Assembly (NCBI RefSeq): GCF_020745735.1
Contig: NC_083435.1
Coordinates: 24,117,231 to 24,181,230, forward strand
DNA length: 64,000 bases
Origin: Hemiscyllium ocellatum
Lineage: Eukaryota
Direction: 5' to 3'
Below are positions 21,660 through 33,771 of this stretch, in pieces (within the stretch, counting starts at the first letter, position 1; each line of letters begins with the position of its first letter). Position numbers and translations under genes: made by a program. The notes under the pieces are model-generated. The model was not told the DNA's origin, made no database searches, and saw nothing but the letters and a program-made list of their open reading frames with translations.

Positions 21660-22670
21660 CCCCAGGTCACTCCACTCGTTCCATCCCCCAGCACTGACCC
21701 CTGGGTCACTCCACTCGTTCCATCCCCCAGCACTGACCCCTGGGTCACTCTACTCAGTCCATCTCCCAGCACTGACCCCTGGGTCACTCCACTCGGTCCA
21801 TCTCCCAGCACTGACCCCTGGGTCACTCCACTCGTTCCATCCCCCAGCACTGACCCCTGGGTCACTCTACTCAGTCCATCTCCCAGCACTGACCCCTGGG
21901 TCACTCCTCTCAGTCCATCCCCCAGCACTGACCCCTGGGTCACTCCACGCAGTCTATCTCCCAGCACTGACCCCTGGGTCACTCCACGCAGTCTATCTCC
22001 CAGCACTGACCTCCGGGTCACTCCACTCAGTCCATCCCCCAGCACTGACCCCTGAGTCACTCCACTCAGTCCATCCCCCAGCACTGACCCCTGGGTCACT
22101 CCACTCAGTCCATCTCCCAGCACTGACCCCTGAGTCACTCCACTCAGTCCATCTCCCAGCACTGACCCCTGAGTCACTCCACTCAGTCCATCCCCCAGCA
22201 CTGACCCCTGGGTCACTCCTCTCAGTCCATCCCCCAGCACTGACCCCTGGGTCACTCCTCTCAGTCCATCCCCCAGCACTGACCCCTGGGTCACTCCACT
22301 CAGTCTATCTCCCAGCACTGACTGTGGGTCACTCCACTCAGTCCATCCCCCAGCACTGACCCCTGGCTCACTCCTCTCAGTCCATCCCCCAGCACTGACC
22401 CCTGGGTCACTCTACTCAGTCCATCTCCCAGCACTGACTCGTGGGTCACTCCACTCAGTCCATTCCCCCAGCACTGACCCCTGGGTCACCCCACTCAGTC
22501 CATCCCCCAGCACTGACCCCTGGGTCACTCCACTCAGTCCATCTCCCAGCACTGACCCCTGGGTCACTCTACTCAGTCCATCCCCCAGCACTGACCCCCA
22601 GGTCACTCCACCCAGTCTATCTCCCAGCACTGACCCCTGGGTCACTCCACTCAGTCCATCCCCCAGCCCT
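21660..22670. repeat. 39-bp minisatellite, ~26 copies, in alpha1-alpha2 intron
   Basis: Unit CAGCACTGACCCCTGGGTCACTCCACTCAGTCCATC(C/T)CC. Confidence 0.97.
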
Positions 22671-22870
22671 GACCTTGGAATGAAAAGTGAAATGAGGACT
22701 GTCAACTAATTCTGCAAGTTTACCTTGAGATTGGAACCCTTTCCCCTCTGATCAGACTGTGACCCTCATCCCCGATTTCCATCTGATATTTGGTCCCCTT
22801 TCCCTCTGATCAGACAGTGTGTGATTATCTATCGTTTACTGATGATTGATCCCTGTCTGGTCACTGACAG

Positions 22871-23146
22871 GAATTCACACTCTCCAATGGATACATTCTG
22901 TTGAGGTCAGTGAAGATGGCTCTGTGAAGAGATCAATGAGATTTGGATTTGATGGAAAGGACCACATTAGTTTAGAGCCAGACAGAATGAGATGGGTTGC
23001 CGCAAATCACTTTGCAGTGATCAATAAAGAGAAATGGAATTCGGATCAATCCTGGAACTACTATTGGGAATCATATCTGCAAAAAACATCTGTTGAACAT
23101 TTAAACAGATATCTGGAAGTTGGAAAGGAATATTTCACAAGGAAAG
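22871..23146 (+). CDS. MHC class I-like gene A exon 3 (alpha2, no cysteines)
   Basis: AG/GT bounded, 276 nt. IHTLQ, FGFDGKD, KEKW and LNRYLEVGK match class I alpha2. Confidence 0.95.
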
Positions 23147-23262
23147 GTATGTATTTCAGTTTTGTTCCACGTTCTGACCTAACCTCACTGATCTATGAAA
23201 CCGTTCTCCCATTCCATTCAGTGTCTGTCTGTTGGTTGTGTTTTTACCCTTTCCCATCACAG

Positions 23263-23541
23263 TTCAGCCTGAAGTGTTCATCTCCAGGAGGGAGCCCAAT
23301 CGCCAGGACAAGCCGCTCACTCTCTCCTGCCTGGTCACTGGGTTTGATCCTGTAGACATCGAGGTGACCTGGCTAAGGAATGGAGAGGTCATGTCTGAGA
23401 CCCAATCCTCAGGGGTTCGACCGAACCACGATGGGACCTATCAGATCCAGAAAGAGATTGAGATCAATGCTGGGGATGAGGATCAATACTCCTGTCAAAT
23501 TGAACACAGCACCCTGGCAGAAGCCAAGCTTTATCAGTGGG
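23263..23541 (+). CDS. MHC class I-like gene A exon 4 (alpha3, C1-set Ig)
   Basis: LSCLVTGFDPVDIEVTW...PNHDGTYQ...YSCQIEHSTL, 279 nt, AG/GT bounded. Confidence 0.97.
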
Positions 23542-26500
23542 GTAAGGGACTGGAGTGTGAGTGTGAATGTGTGTGTGTGTGTGTGTGTGTCTGTCTGTCT
23601 GTCTGTCTGTCTGTTCCACCATTAATTGAAGTTGCTCTGATCTGTCCCTCACTCCCTTTACCCATTCCTGGTCCATGTCTTTTGCTGCTCTTCCCCAACA
23701 AAACCCTCCTGATCTCAGGCTGGAAATATTCAATTGATCCTCAGCGCTCACAGCATTTCGGTTCGAAAACTCCAGATTTCCATTAACATCAATAGGAGGC
23801 CTCTGATTGGTCCGTTAACCTGATCCAATCAGGGAGTCCTGACTGACATTAAAAAAAGGGTGTGTCAGAGGTCTTGAGGGTCTGGCAGCTGAATCTGAAT
23901 GAGGTACCACTAAAGTCTAGGACTGTTCTTGTGTAAATGAAGGGTGACTTTGTGAGTGAATGCTAGCTTCTGTCGGGCTATTCCAGTGGCAATGGGAGTA
24001 AAGCATAATCATGAAGAAACTTGCTCACAACAGGCGCCTTTCAGTCAGGGAAGCATTTGGTACATCCATGCCTTTGTTTGGGAAACTTGACTTGTTCGAT
24101 CCTGCCATCGAGGACTGGGCCCAGTGTGTGAAAATAATGTGGCATATTTTCTGGGCAAATAGCATTGTGGTAGGTGAAAAGCAACAAGTAATTCTCCTGA
24201 CAGCTTGTGGAGCTGCAGCTTTTTCTGTTATTAGGATTCTAGCTTTCCCTGTGGCACCAGGTACTAAAACCTTTCAAGCATTGATAGGAATAATTAAGAA
24301 ATATTATGTACAAAAGCCTCCTCTAATTCTGAGATGCTATCTTTTTTATTTGGCAATTCAAGAACCAGGGAAATCCACACTGGGATATCTGACTAGGTTA
24401 GAAGACTGGCAAAAGTATGGGAAATTGGTTTAATCCTTAATGAGATGCTAAGAGAATGGTAGGTGAAATTACTGATGTAACTATGATGTAATACTGATAT
24501 AACTATGATGTAATTAATGATGTAACTATGCAAAAACACCTACTGGCTGAATCCCAACTGCACTTCAGGCAGCTACTACAACTGGCTTTATCATTGGAAA
24601 ATGCAGCAAGTGGAGCTCATGAATTACAGGGTATTCCAATGGAAGTGGACACCCTCAACAGTTCGACTGAACTTGGAGGACACCACCTGGGTGCATGCAA
24701 TTGCATAGCCTCACTCAGGACATATCGATCAGATGGACTTGAGGTTGGCTCACCATAAAACACTAAACCAAGCCTCAACAAACAGTTAAAATGTTGATCA
24801 GGTTCCTGGCCATTAAGGCATTGCAGTTTCTGTCGATGGGTGGAATTGAGACAGCAAAAATGTCCTACTTGACTTAAATTGAGCGAGATAAATTATAGCC
24901 CCATATTCAGGTGGGTATCCTGAAAAATCCATCCATATCTGGTTTGGAACAGTTAAATTGCATCGCGGCATCAAAATCAGAACCAACCAATTAAAACATC
25001 TGGTTAACTGGTCATTCGGTTCTGATGGAGGTCGATCCGAGTGCAGCTGTATCAGTGATCACAGAACCAACCTTTAACAAGATTCACTCTGAACCCCAAC
25101 CCTTAACTTGGCAGAAGTTCTTGGCCAGACTGAGAACCTAAACTGAGGAAGCTTCAGAGAATAGGGGTACAACTTCAGTTTCGCTCTTTCACGGAAGGCA
25201 GCTGGTTCAGTTACCAGTGATTGTGCTAAAAGCTTCAAATCCGAGCTTAATGGGGAAAAATCAGTTGTGAGAGATTCACCCCGAATGGCTCAATATGTTT
25301 CAATTAGAAAATGGCTGCTTGAATGAAATTCAATTTACTTACCTGTAGATCATCCAGGAAGATCTAGGGGTAATCAGAGGAGCCAAACCACCTTGCATGT
25401 TGACCAGGAATCAATCCCCTGTAAGGCCTGCCCAGTGCCATTGGTCTTACGGGCAAAAGTCAAGGCAGAAATTAGAAGGCTGGAAAGTGAAGGAATTATC
25501 AAACCAGTCCAGTTTGTGGGATAGGCAGCAGTGATTGGAATGGTACTGAAGCCCAGTGGGTCGGTTTGCCTTTGTGGGGATTTTAAACAAAGTGTAAACT
25601 GCTTTTGACAGCAGAATAGATCGCCAGCCCCTCAGGATTTGTGCCCAACGTTGGTGCAGGATGGGAGTTCTCCTTCACACAGCTGGACATGGGCCACACT
25701 TACTTGCAATTGTGATTAGACCAGGTTCCCAGACGTATGCTACAATTAATATCCATCAGGGATTGTACCAAGATACAAGACTGCCATTTGAGGTATTGTC
25801 AGCCTGTTCGATCTTTCAGTGGACAATAGAGAACATCTTGCATGGTCTACCCCAGGTCGCCATTTACTTAGATGGTAAATTAGCCAATAACAGGGAAAAC
25901 TAATAAGGAGCAGTCAGAGAACTGGATATAGTCCGAAGGTGGTTTTCCAAGGCAGGCATTTGCCTAAGGAGGGAAAAAATGTATATCCCAAATGATCTAC
26001 TTGGGATACAGATTCAACAACTCTGGGTTACACCTGTTGGAAGGTAAAGTGAGGGAGATCAAAGGTGCTCTGGTTCCTACGTCTGTCCAGGAACTTACAT
26101 CATATCTTGGGCTGGTAAATTATTTTGGAAAGTTTGTACATAACCTGGCCTCCGTCCTGGCACCATTACATCAACTCATGACAGAAAGGATCAGCCTGGG
26201 AAATGGTTGCAAACATAAGATTGAGCTGTCAATGAAGGAACAATACAACTGTCATCCTCCAAGGATTGGCACTCTGTGATCCCAAGAAAGATCTAGTGTT
26301 GACATGCGATGTTTTCCCGCACAGCATTGGAGTCGTATTAGCTCATGGTGGCTCAGTGGAGAGGAACATCCAAGAGCATATACATCTAGGACTTTGGCCA
26401 ATGCAGCACGTAAATACACCCAGATACAGAAGGAAGGATTGATGGTCATATCTGGGGTCAGGACATTCCACCAATACCTTTGTGAATTAAAATTTGTGAT

Positions 26501-27100
26501 AATCATGGACTACTTGGTGTGCTTAAAGAGGACAAGGCAGGGCCACCCTGTAATTTTGGGCCACCTTCAATTGTGCGTTCTAATACTAAGTGCTTACAAT
26601 TGCAAGCCAGAACACTGCCTGGGAGGCTGAGTAGCGAATGTGGACGCATTGAGCTGCCTGCCATTAGCAAATACACCACTGGTAGCGCCCCCAGTGGAAA
26701 GGTCTGTAATGGTATTAAACTTTCTGGACAAGCTCCTAATCAGAGCTGACTATCAGGCTTTGGACACAGAAAGATCCAATCCCTTCAAACCGGAAATAAC
26801 TTTATGAGGGAACCAAAAGGCACTTGAAATCCTTTGAATTGAAAAATGTTTGGACCCAGAGATACCAGCTCACGGCAGAGGATGGAATATTGTTAGAACT
26901 TGTCAGAGAAAGTGTGGTTATCCTGAGTAAAGGCTGCCGCCAAACTCTAGCTGAACTCCACCAGGGATCTCTACAATGAAATGTGCGGGGAGACATCGCA
27001 TGTCAACACCAGATCTTTCTTGGGATCACAGAGTGCCAATCCTTAGACAATGACAGTTGTTTCATTACTTCATTGAAATCTTGGGCTTATGTTTGCAAGC

Positions 27101-27229
27101 NNNNNNNNNNNNNNNNNNNNNNNNNNNNNNNNNNNNNNNNNNNNNNNNNNNNNNNNNNNNNNNNNNNNNNNNNNNNNNNNNNNNNNNNNNNNNNNNNNNN
27201 NNNNNNNNNNNNNNNNNNNNNNNNNNNNN
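27101..27229. other. Assembly gap (129 N)
   Basis: Run of N. Confidence 1.
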
Positions 27230-27690
27230 ACTCCCCCTCTCACTCTGCCAAGGACATGCAAGTCCCTGGGCCTCCTCCACCGCCAAACCCTAACCACCCG
27301 ATACCTGGAGGAAGAACGCCTCATCTTCCACCTTGGGACCCTTCAACCACACGGGATCTTTGTGGATTTCACCAGTTTCCTCATTTTCCCTCCCCACACC
27401 TAAATCCCAGAAGCAACCTTCCAACTCAGCACTGCCCTCTTGAACTGTCCCACCGGTCCATCTTCCTTCCCACCGATCCACTTCACCCTCCCCTTCGACC
27501 TATCATCTTTACCCCCACCTTCATCTACTTATTGCATTCCCAGCTACATTCCCCGCACCCAACCCCACCCCACCGCCCTCCCATTTATCTTGGGATAAGC
27601 CTCATTCCTGATGAAGAGCTTACGCTCGAAACGTCGAGTCTCCTGCACCTCAGATGCTGCCTGATTGGCTGTGCTTTTCCAGTGCCACAC
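27230..27690 (+). mobile_element. Penelope 3' end with hammerhead motif (27604-27639)
   Basis: LEEERLIFHLGTLQPHGIFVDF, then CTGATGAAGAGCTTACGCTCGAAACGTCGA. Confidence 0.85.
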
Positions 27691-29030
27691 TCTTTGACCC
27701 TGACCAATAAAGGCAAGATGCCATACACCTTCTTAACACCCTATCTACTTGGGTGATCACTTTCAGGGAGCTATAGACTTGAACCTCAAGATCCTTCTGC
27801 CTATCAATGCTGTTCCGAGTCCTGCCACTAACTGTATCCTTTTCCTTAACATGTGATCTCCAAAAGCACAGCACCTCATAATTACCTGGATTAAACTCCA
27901 TCTACCATTTTTCCGCCCATATCTGCAACTGATTTATATAAATGATGAAAAGCAATGGAGCCAGCACCGATCCTTGTGGCACACCACTTGTCACTGGCTT
28001 CAGCTCCAAAAAGCAACCCTCTTAGACCAACCTTTGTTTCCCACCTTGAAGCCAAGTTTTATATTCAGTTAGCGAGCTTCCTCTGGGTCCCACGTGATCT
28101 AACCTTACTAACCAGTCTACATGCAGAACTTGGTCAAACACTTTGCTGAACTCCATATGGACAACATCTACCCCTCTGCCTTCACCAATCTTCTTTGTTA
28201 CCTCTTCAAAAAACTCAGTAAAGTTACAGAGACACAATTTCCCATGCACAAAGCCATGTTGACTATCCCTAATCAGTCCTTGCTTTCCAAATGTATGTGA
28301 GTCCTATTCCTCAGAATCTCCTCCAACTATGTATCCACCACTGATGTATGGCTCATTGGTCTATAGTTCCCTAGCTTTTCATTACAGCCTTTCTTAAATT
28401 GTACCACCACATTAGCCAACCTCCAGTCTTCTGGCACCTCTCCCTTGGTTATTGATGATCCAAACATCTGAGCACGGTACGCAGCAACCTCTTCCCTAGC
28501 TTCCCACAGAATTCTGGGTAACACCTGATCAGGTCCTGGGGATTTATCTACCATTATGCATTTTAATCTTCAGTACCTCCTCTTCTGTAATGTGCACTGT
28601 TTTCAAGCCATCACTATTTATTTTCCCAAGTTCCCAAGCTTCCATGCCCTTCTCCATGATACGTACTGACACAAAATATGTGATTAGTATCTGACTGATC
28701 TCTTATGGTTCCACACATAGACAGCCACATTGATCTTTAAGGTGCCCTATTCTCTAACTATTTACTCTTTTGCTGAAATGTACGTTTAGAGTCTCTTTGA
28801 ATTTTCCTTAACTGCATTTGCTAAAGCTGTCTCATGTTCCCTTTGTGTCCTCCTGATTTCCCTCTTAAGGATACTCCAACTGCCCTTATACACTTCTTGG
28901 GATTTACTCAATCCCTGCTGTCTATACCTGATAAATGCCTCTTTCTTTTTCTTGACCAGAACTTCAATTTCTCAAGTCTTTCAGCATTTCCTATATCTAC
29001 CAGCCTTGTCCTTCTATTATCATGCAGTGG
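27690..29030 (-). mobile_element. CR1 LINE RT fragments
   Basis: HGKLCLCNFTEFFEEVTKKIGEGRGVDVVHMEFSKVFD and KSPGPDQVLPRIL. Confidence 0.85.
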
Positions 29031-29899
29031 TCAAACCCCTCTGTTACGTAAAAAGAATAACTCTGATAGTGAACATTAAACCAAAAAAAAATTCACATAT
29101 CCAAACCCCCCCACCCCACTTCTCTTAATTTCTTACGATCTGACCCCAACTCTACGAAGAAAAGCTATTCCAATAACACACTTATTAAACATTACATTAA
29201 CCTAATCTCAAGACCACATACTCTCTATCTTCTTCGGTGTCTTCAATCTTCCCCCTGCTGTTCTCCCTGAGGTTGTTTCCTTTCTTTGTTACTCCGAGGA
29301 TGTTTCACATGCAAAGGTACCTTGGATAGAGAATGTTTCTAATTTCTTTGAGAGCAAGATGTCAGATGGGCAGTTGCTCAGTGGATTGATGGCAGTTGCT
29401 TTCTGACCAATTTTCAAAACTCCCATGTTTTATAGCCTCCATGACACAGTAAATTCCTATAATTTGATTGGTTTCCAGGTGTCAAAACAATAAACTCAAA
29501 CTCAGTCGGGTTTTTAGTATCCTCGGCACAATTTAAACCGATCAGTTAAATTTGCGTTGTCAAAACAGCAGCAAAACTCAGGGTAGACAGGCAGGAGGCT
29601 GGAAGAACACAGCAGGCCAGGCAGCATCAGGAGGTGGAGAAGCCAACACTTCAGGTGTAACCCTTCTTCAGGTCTGGGGCTGGGTGTAAGGGAAGCTGCA
29701 GGTATCTATTTACACAGCCAGTTACTGCATGTATCTATTTTGGAACAGCTCGTCTCCCAGTCTTTCCATTCAGGCAGCTGAGCCTGCACTTGAAGTTTAC
29801 TTCAAACTTCAGAAAATACTTTCTACTTTAAAGTGAACAGACAGGCTTTTGACTTTGTAACACTTCACACTAACAGGAACATGCTGTCTCTGGACCCTC

Positions 29900-30835
29900 A
29901 TTATCTTCTTCTTAAAGGCCTCCCACTTCCCACTCATCCCTTTACCTGCAAACAGCCTCCCTCCAATCATCTTTTGCAAGTTCTTGTCTGATACTGTCCA
30001 AATTAGCCTTACTCCAATTTAGAACTTTACCTTTTTGATCAGTACTATCCTTTTCCATCACTACTTTAAAACTAATGATCACTTGCACCACAATGCTCCC
30101 CCTGGACACCTCATTCACTTGCCCTACAATTGTTCCCAACAGAAGTTCAAGTATTACTCCTTCTCCAGTCGGTACATCCACATATTGAAGAAGAACGTTT
30201 TCTTGGACATACTTAACAACTTCCTCCCAATCCAAGCCTTTAACACAATGACAGCCCTAGTCTATGTTTGGAAATTAAAATCTACTGTTACCATCCGAAT
30301 ATTCTTACAGATATGAGATCTCCTTACATATTTGGTTTTCAATTTCCTGCTGCCTACTGGGGGCTATAATACAATCTCAACCAGGTGATCATCTCCTCCT
30401 TATTTCTCAATTCCACCCATATAACTTCACTGGTCACTCTCCCAATATATGCGTCTCTAAGTACAGATGTAATGTTATCCTGAACGAAAAACTTGTCCTC
30501 CTCTCTTGCCCCCCCACTTTCTATCCTTCCTATAGCATCTATACCTTGGAACATTGAGATACCAGTCCAGTCCATCCCTGAGCTATATCTCTGTAATAGC
30601 GGTGATACCCTAGTCCCATGTTCCCAACCATGCCCTAAGTTCATCTGCCTTCCCTGACATACCTCTTACATTGAAGTAAATGCAGTTTATCATTCTGACC
30701 TTGGTCACTGCCAAGCTCTTGCCTGTTTTGACGATTTGAGCTGTTCCCCTTAGAGCTGTACCAGCCTCAGCCCTTTCTCTTTACTCACTGTTACTTTGAT
30801 TTGAGTCATCCCCTTACTAGTTTAAAGCCTCTGGA
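29900..30835 (-). mobile_element. CR1 LINE endonuclease-region fragment
   Basis: DWEEVVKYVQENVLLQYVDVPTGEGVILELLL and SEVIWVELRNKEEMITWLRLYYSP. Confidence 0.8.
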
Positions 30836-31240
30836 GTAGCACGATAAAGCCTCCCAGGTAGCACAAGTAACGGACCACAATTTACAAACCAGAAATTTTG
30901 TCCTGTTTTTAAAATGGGATGAGATTCTTCAGGTAAGGACAGCTTCATACCACCCAACATTGACTGGCCTGGCAGAAAAAGCAGTCCAAACTATAAAGGC
31001 TGGCTTGAAAAACAGCCTACCCTCTTGATAGTTACCAAGGTATCATGGTTCTTATTTGACTATGGGATCACCCACATGCAACAGCAGAGTTGGGACCAGC
31101 AGAGTTGCTGATGTGTAGAAGACTCTGCACCAGGTTGAATCTGATCTTCCCAGACCTGTGGGGGTCAGGTGTAATGGCCTCAGGAACAGCAATGCTGGAC
31201 ACAAGTCTCCACCAAACAAGAGAAACTGTTTAATACAGGG

Positions 31241-31892
31241 AATTAAGGATCAGACCAGACCCCTGCAAAATATTTTAAGAAGGCAGCCTGGGGCCTAACT
31301 TTATCTTATTTTAAAGGCACATGTAAAGTGCTGTGTTCCAGATGCAATTCGATTGGTCACACTACTCAGTTTTAGGCAAAACACACTTTATCGAAACGCT
31401 AGAACTAAAATATAACTAAAGAAAGTGGAATTTAGAATACCATAAATCTATCAGAAAAATTAACAAATCAACAGACACAGTACCGATTACTAATTAATGG
31501 TTCAATTTAGTAACATCTCATAAACACACCCCTTAGCAAAGCTCAGAAAATAGATTTGTCTCACAGGTAACTGCAGCAAGCCAGAAGGAAAAGCTTCAAG
31601 AGAAAGCTCAGAGAGAGGAGCAGCAAGGAGACATTTACTGTAATTCCGAGCCTGTTGAGACTCCAACAGTAACTGATGCTGAATCGCAAAGCTAAAAAAC
31701 TACAAATTAGAAATCTAGGTCCGAGAGCCAGCCACACCCACCCAGGCTGCTTCTATTGTTCCTGCTTTAAAAAACCCAAGGCCTCATAAGCCAGTCACTT
31801 CATTGGCTTTCCAACCAGACACCTCTGCCTTACAACTTCTCTTTAAAAAGAAACAGGATAAAATAACCTTTTAAAGTCGCAGTATCATCACA
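31241..31892 (-). mobile_element. Solo LTR inserted in the Gypsy integrase
   Basis: Inverted homolog of 60828-61471, with a TGTGATGA terminus on the minus strand. Confidence 0.75.
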
Positions 31893-32757
31893 GTAAGGGG
31901 AGGAGGTTTGGTGTAAGAATGATGAAAATGGCCCTGTGTGGGAAAGAGGCATGCTCCATGTGAGATCAGGACCAGTGATGTGGAAAGGTCAGGCAGGTGC
32001 AATGGTCCTGAACCAGCACAAGATCCGTTTGAAAGTTAAATTTGTAAACAATGCGGGAGCAAAACATACTCTGCCCCTCTGAGCAGTCAGAAAGGCTGCC
32101 AGAACCCATGGGTTCACTATCTCTGTCAAGCATTGTTGAGAGTTTAGAATCTGAGATGGGCATGATGGAAGGAGCCAAATCGATGCCTTTGCCACTGGAA
32201 GAAGAAAATAAAATCCTGCCGAGGCACTCCTGGCACAAGAGGCGAGCTCCTGCGCAGTCGATGCTGCCGTTATTATCTGCTGAACATGGAGGAAGCTGTC
32301 CCAGTGTTAAAACGCCCCAGGATGCTCTCCAAGGAAAATGGCTGGCCGATGTTCTCAGACTCAGAGGAGGAGGGAAGTTGTGATTGTAACGAGGCTAGCC
32401 AGCAGGACCTCAGGGAATATGAGTTCCCTGATTGATCCAGCCCCAATCAGGGAGCCCTGGCTGACAAATAAAAAGGGAAGTGTCAGGGATGATGACACTC
32501 TGCTACCTGACTCTGAAAGTGTCAGTCCTAAAGTCAAGGACTGTTCATGTATAAAGAAAGGGTGACTTGGTGATGGATACCATCCTCTGTGCAGTTATTA
32601 CGTCGACCCCATCAATGAGATCTGGAGTGCAAACTTTATTGAACCAAGTCCATCAATTCCCAATGGGTGGGTGAAACTAAAACTGTCCCCAATCAACACA
32701 GACCGAGAGTGGATCCAGGAACTGAGATAATCCTGATATTATTCCAATGTGTTTCAG

Positions 32758-32865
32758 AAATCCCAGAAAACAGTGTGGTACGTTCCCATTTGATACTTTT
32801 GATTGGATTAATCGCTGCAATGGCTACAATATTCGGAATAATCATCTGGAAAAGGCCCTGGAGAG
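32758..32865 (+). CDS. MHC class I-like gene A exon 5 (connecting peptide/transmembrane)
   Basis: EIPENSVVRSHLILLIGLIAAMATIFGIIIWKRPWR, AG/GT bounded, paralogous to 62248-62367. Confidence 0.9.
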
Positions 32866-33260
32866 GTAAGATTCAGAGAGAGGGGAATGTGGAAGTGAGG
32901 GGACAGAGTGAGTGTGGGGGAATCTCCACTGGGAGTAAAGGGCACTGTGGGGAATGGAACTGATTGAATTCCAGCACAGATACACACATATAAACCCGTC
33001 TCGTTCCCTGTCTGATCATCCTTTGGCCTAGATCAGGTCTAACATTGATCAATAAACCCATCACACACACGTACATCCTCATTGACTGAATATCAATGGG
33101 ATGGGAGAGATCTCCAGAATCTCCATAAAGTGTAAGGATAGAGGGGAGTGTGGGAATGAGGATTTCTGACGCAATCTCCAACCCCTCACACTTGTTGTGT
33201 TCTCACTCTCTGAGAATAGATTATTCCCCATTCGAATGGACATTTATTTTGTTTCTGCAG

Positions 33261-33293
33261 GTTCCCCAAGTGGGACCTACACAACAGCTCCCA
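33261..33293 (+). CDS. MHC class I-like gene A exon 6 (cytoplasmic, GSPSGTYTTAP)
   Basis: 33 nt, polypyrimidine-CAG acceptor and GTAAGT donor, paralogous to 63299-63331. Confidence 0.85.
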
Positions 33294-33679
33294 GTAAGTG
33301 ACTGAGGGGACAGAGTGTTGGGAATGATGGGAGAGGGATTGGAAGATGTAGAGTTACATTCTCCTGGATGGGACACTCATCAGTTTCCTCACGGCTCAGT
33401 TCTTCATGACTCTCTTATCCTTCATGACTCTCTCATCCTTCTCTTCCCCAACTCCATCCCCCACAACCTCTCCTTCCAATCCTCACCCCCTATTTTCCCA
33501 TTCTGTGCTCCCTCTCCCTCACTCCTTCACCCTTCATTCCTTCTGCACTGTGCTGTGTGAATGTAGTTAGTCAGTGCTGAGGGTGTTTGAATCCTGGGTC
33601 CAGTGAGTGAGAGAGAATATTTCAGAGTGTGTAACTTTATATTTCATTTCATTTTAAACTTTCTGTTTTATTTTCTCAG

Positions 33680-33711
33680 CTTTGGATGTCTGTATTCCAG
33701 CTTCTTCATAA
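33680..33711 (+). CDS. MHC class I-like gene A exon 7 (TLDVCIPASS-stop)
   Basis: Strong acceptor TTTTCTCAG, phase-compatible with exon 6, in-frame TAA at 33709-33711. Confidence 0.7.
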
Positions 33712-33771
33712 TTTCGTCAATGATATGTCAATTTCTGTCCATAGACTTATTTGGAAATTCTTCACTCTCCT

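Larger units (their letters stand above)
23785..32602 (+). mobile_element. Decayed Gypsy LTR retrotransposon with nested insertions
   Basis: 5' LTR-like ~23785-23985, gag (PLFGKLDLFDPAIEDWAQ, 24011), and RT/RNase H remnants ~25400-26600. Integrase begins at ~26950 and resumes at ~30840-31240 and 31893-32100. A polypurine tract at ~32360 precedes a 3' LTR (TGTAAC, 32387-32602). The two LTRs are divergent. Confidence 0.82.

Noticed and set aside
21554-22705. 200+ aa ORFs on both strands
   Set aside because: Products of the 39-bp minisatellite. Only the alpha1 read-through frame is noted, and only as speculation.
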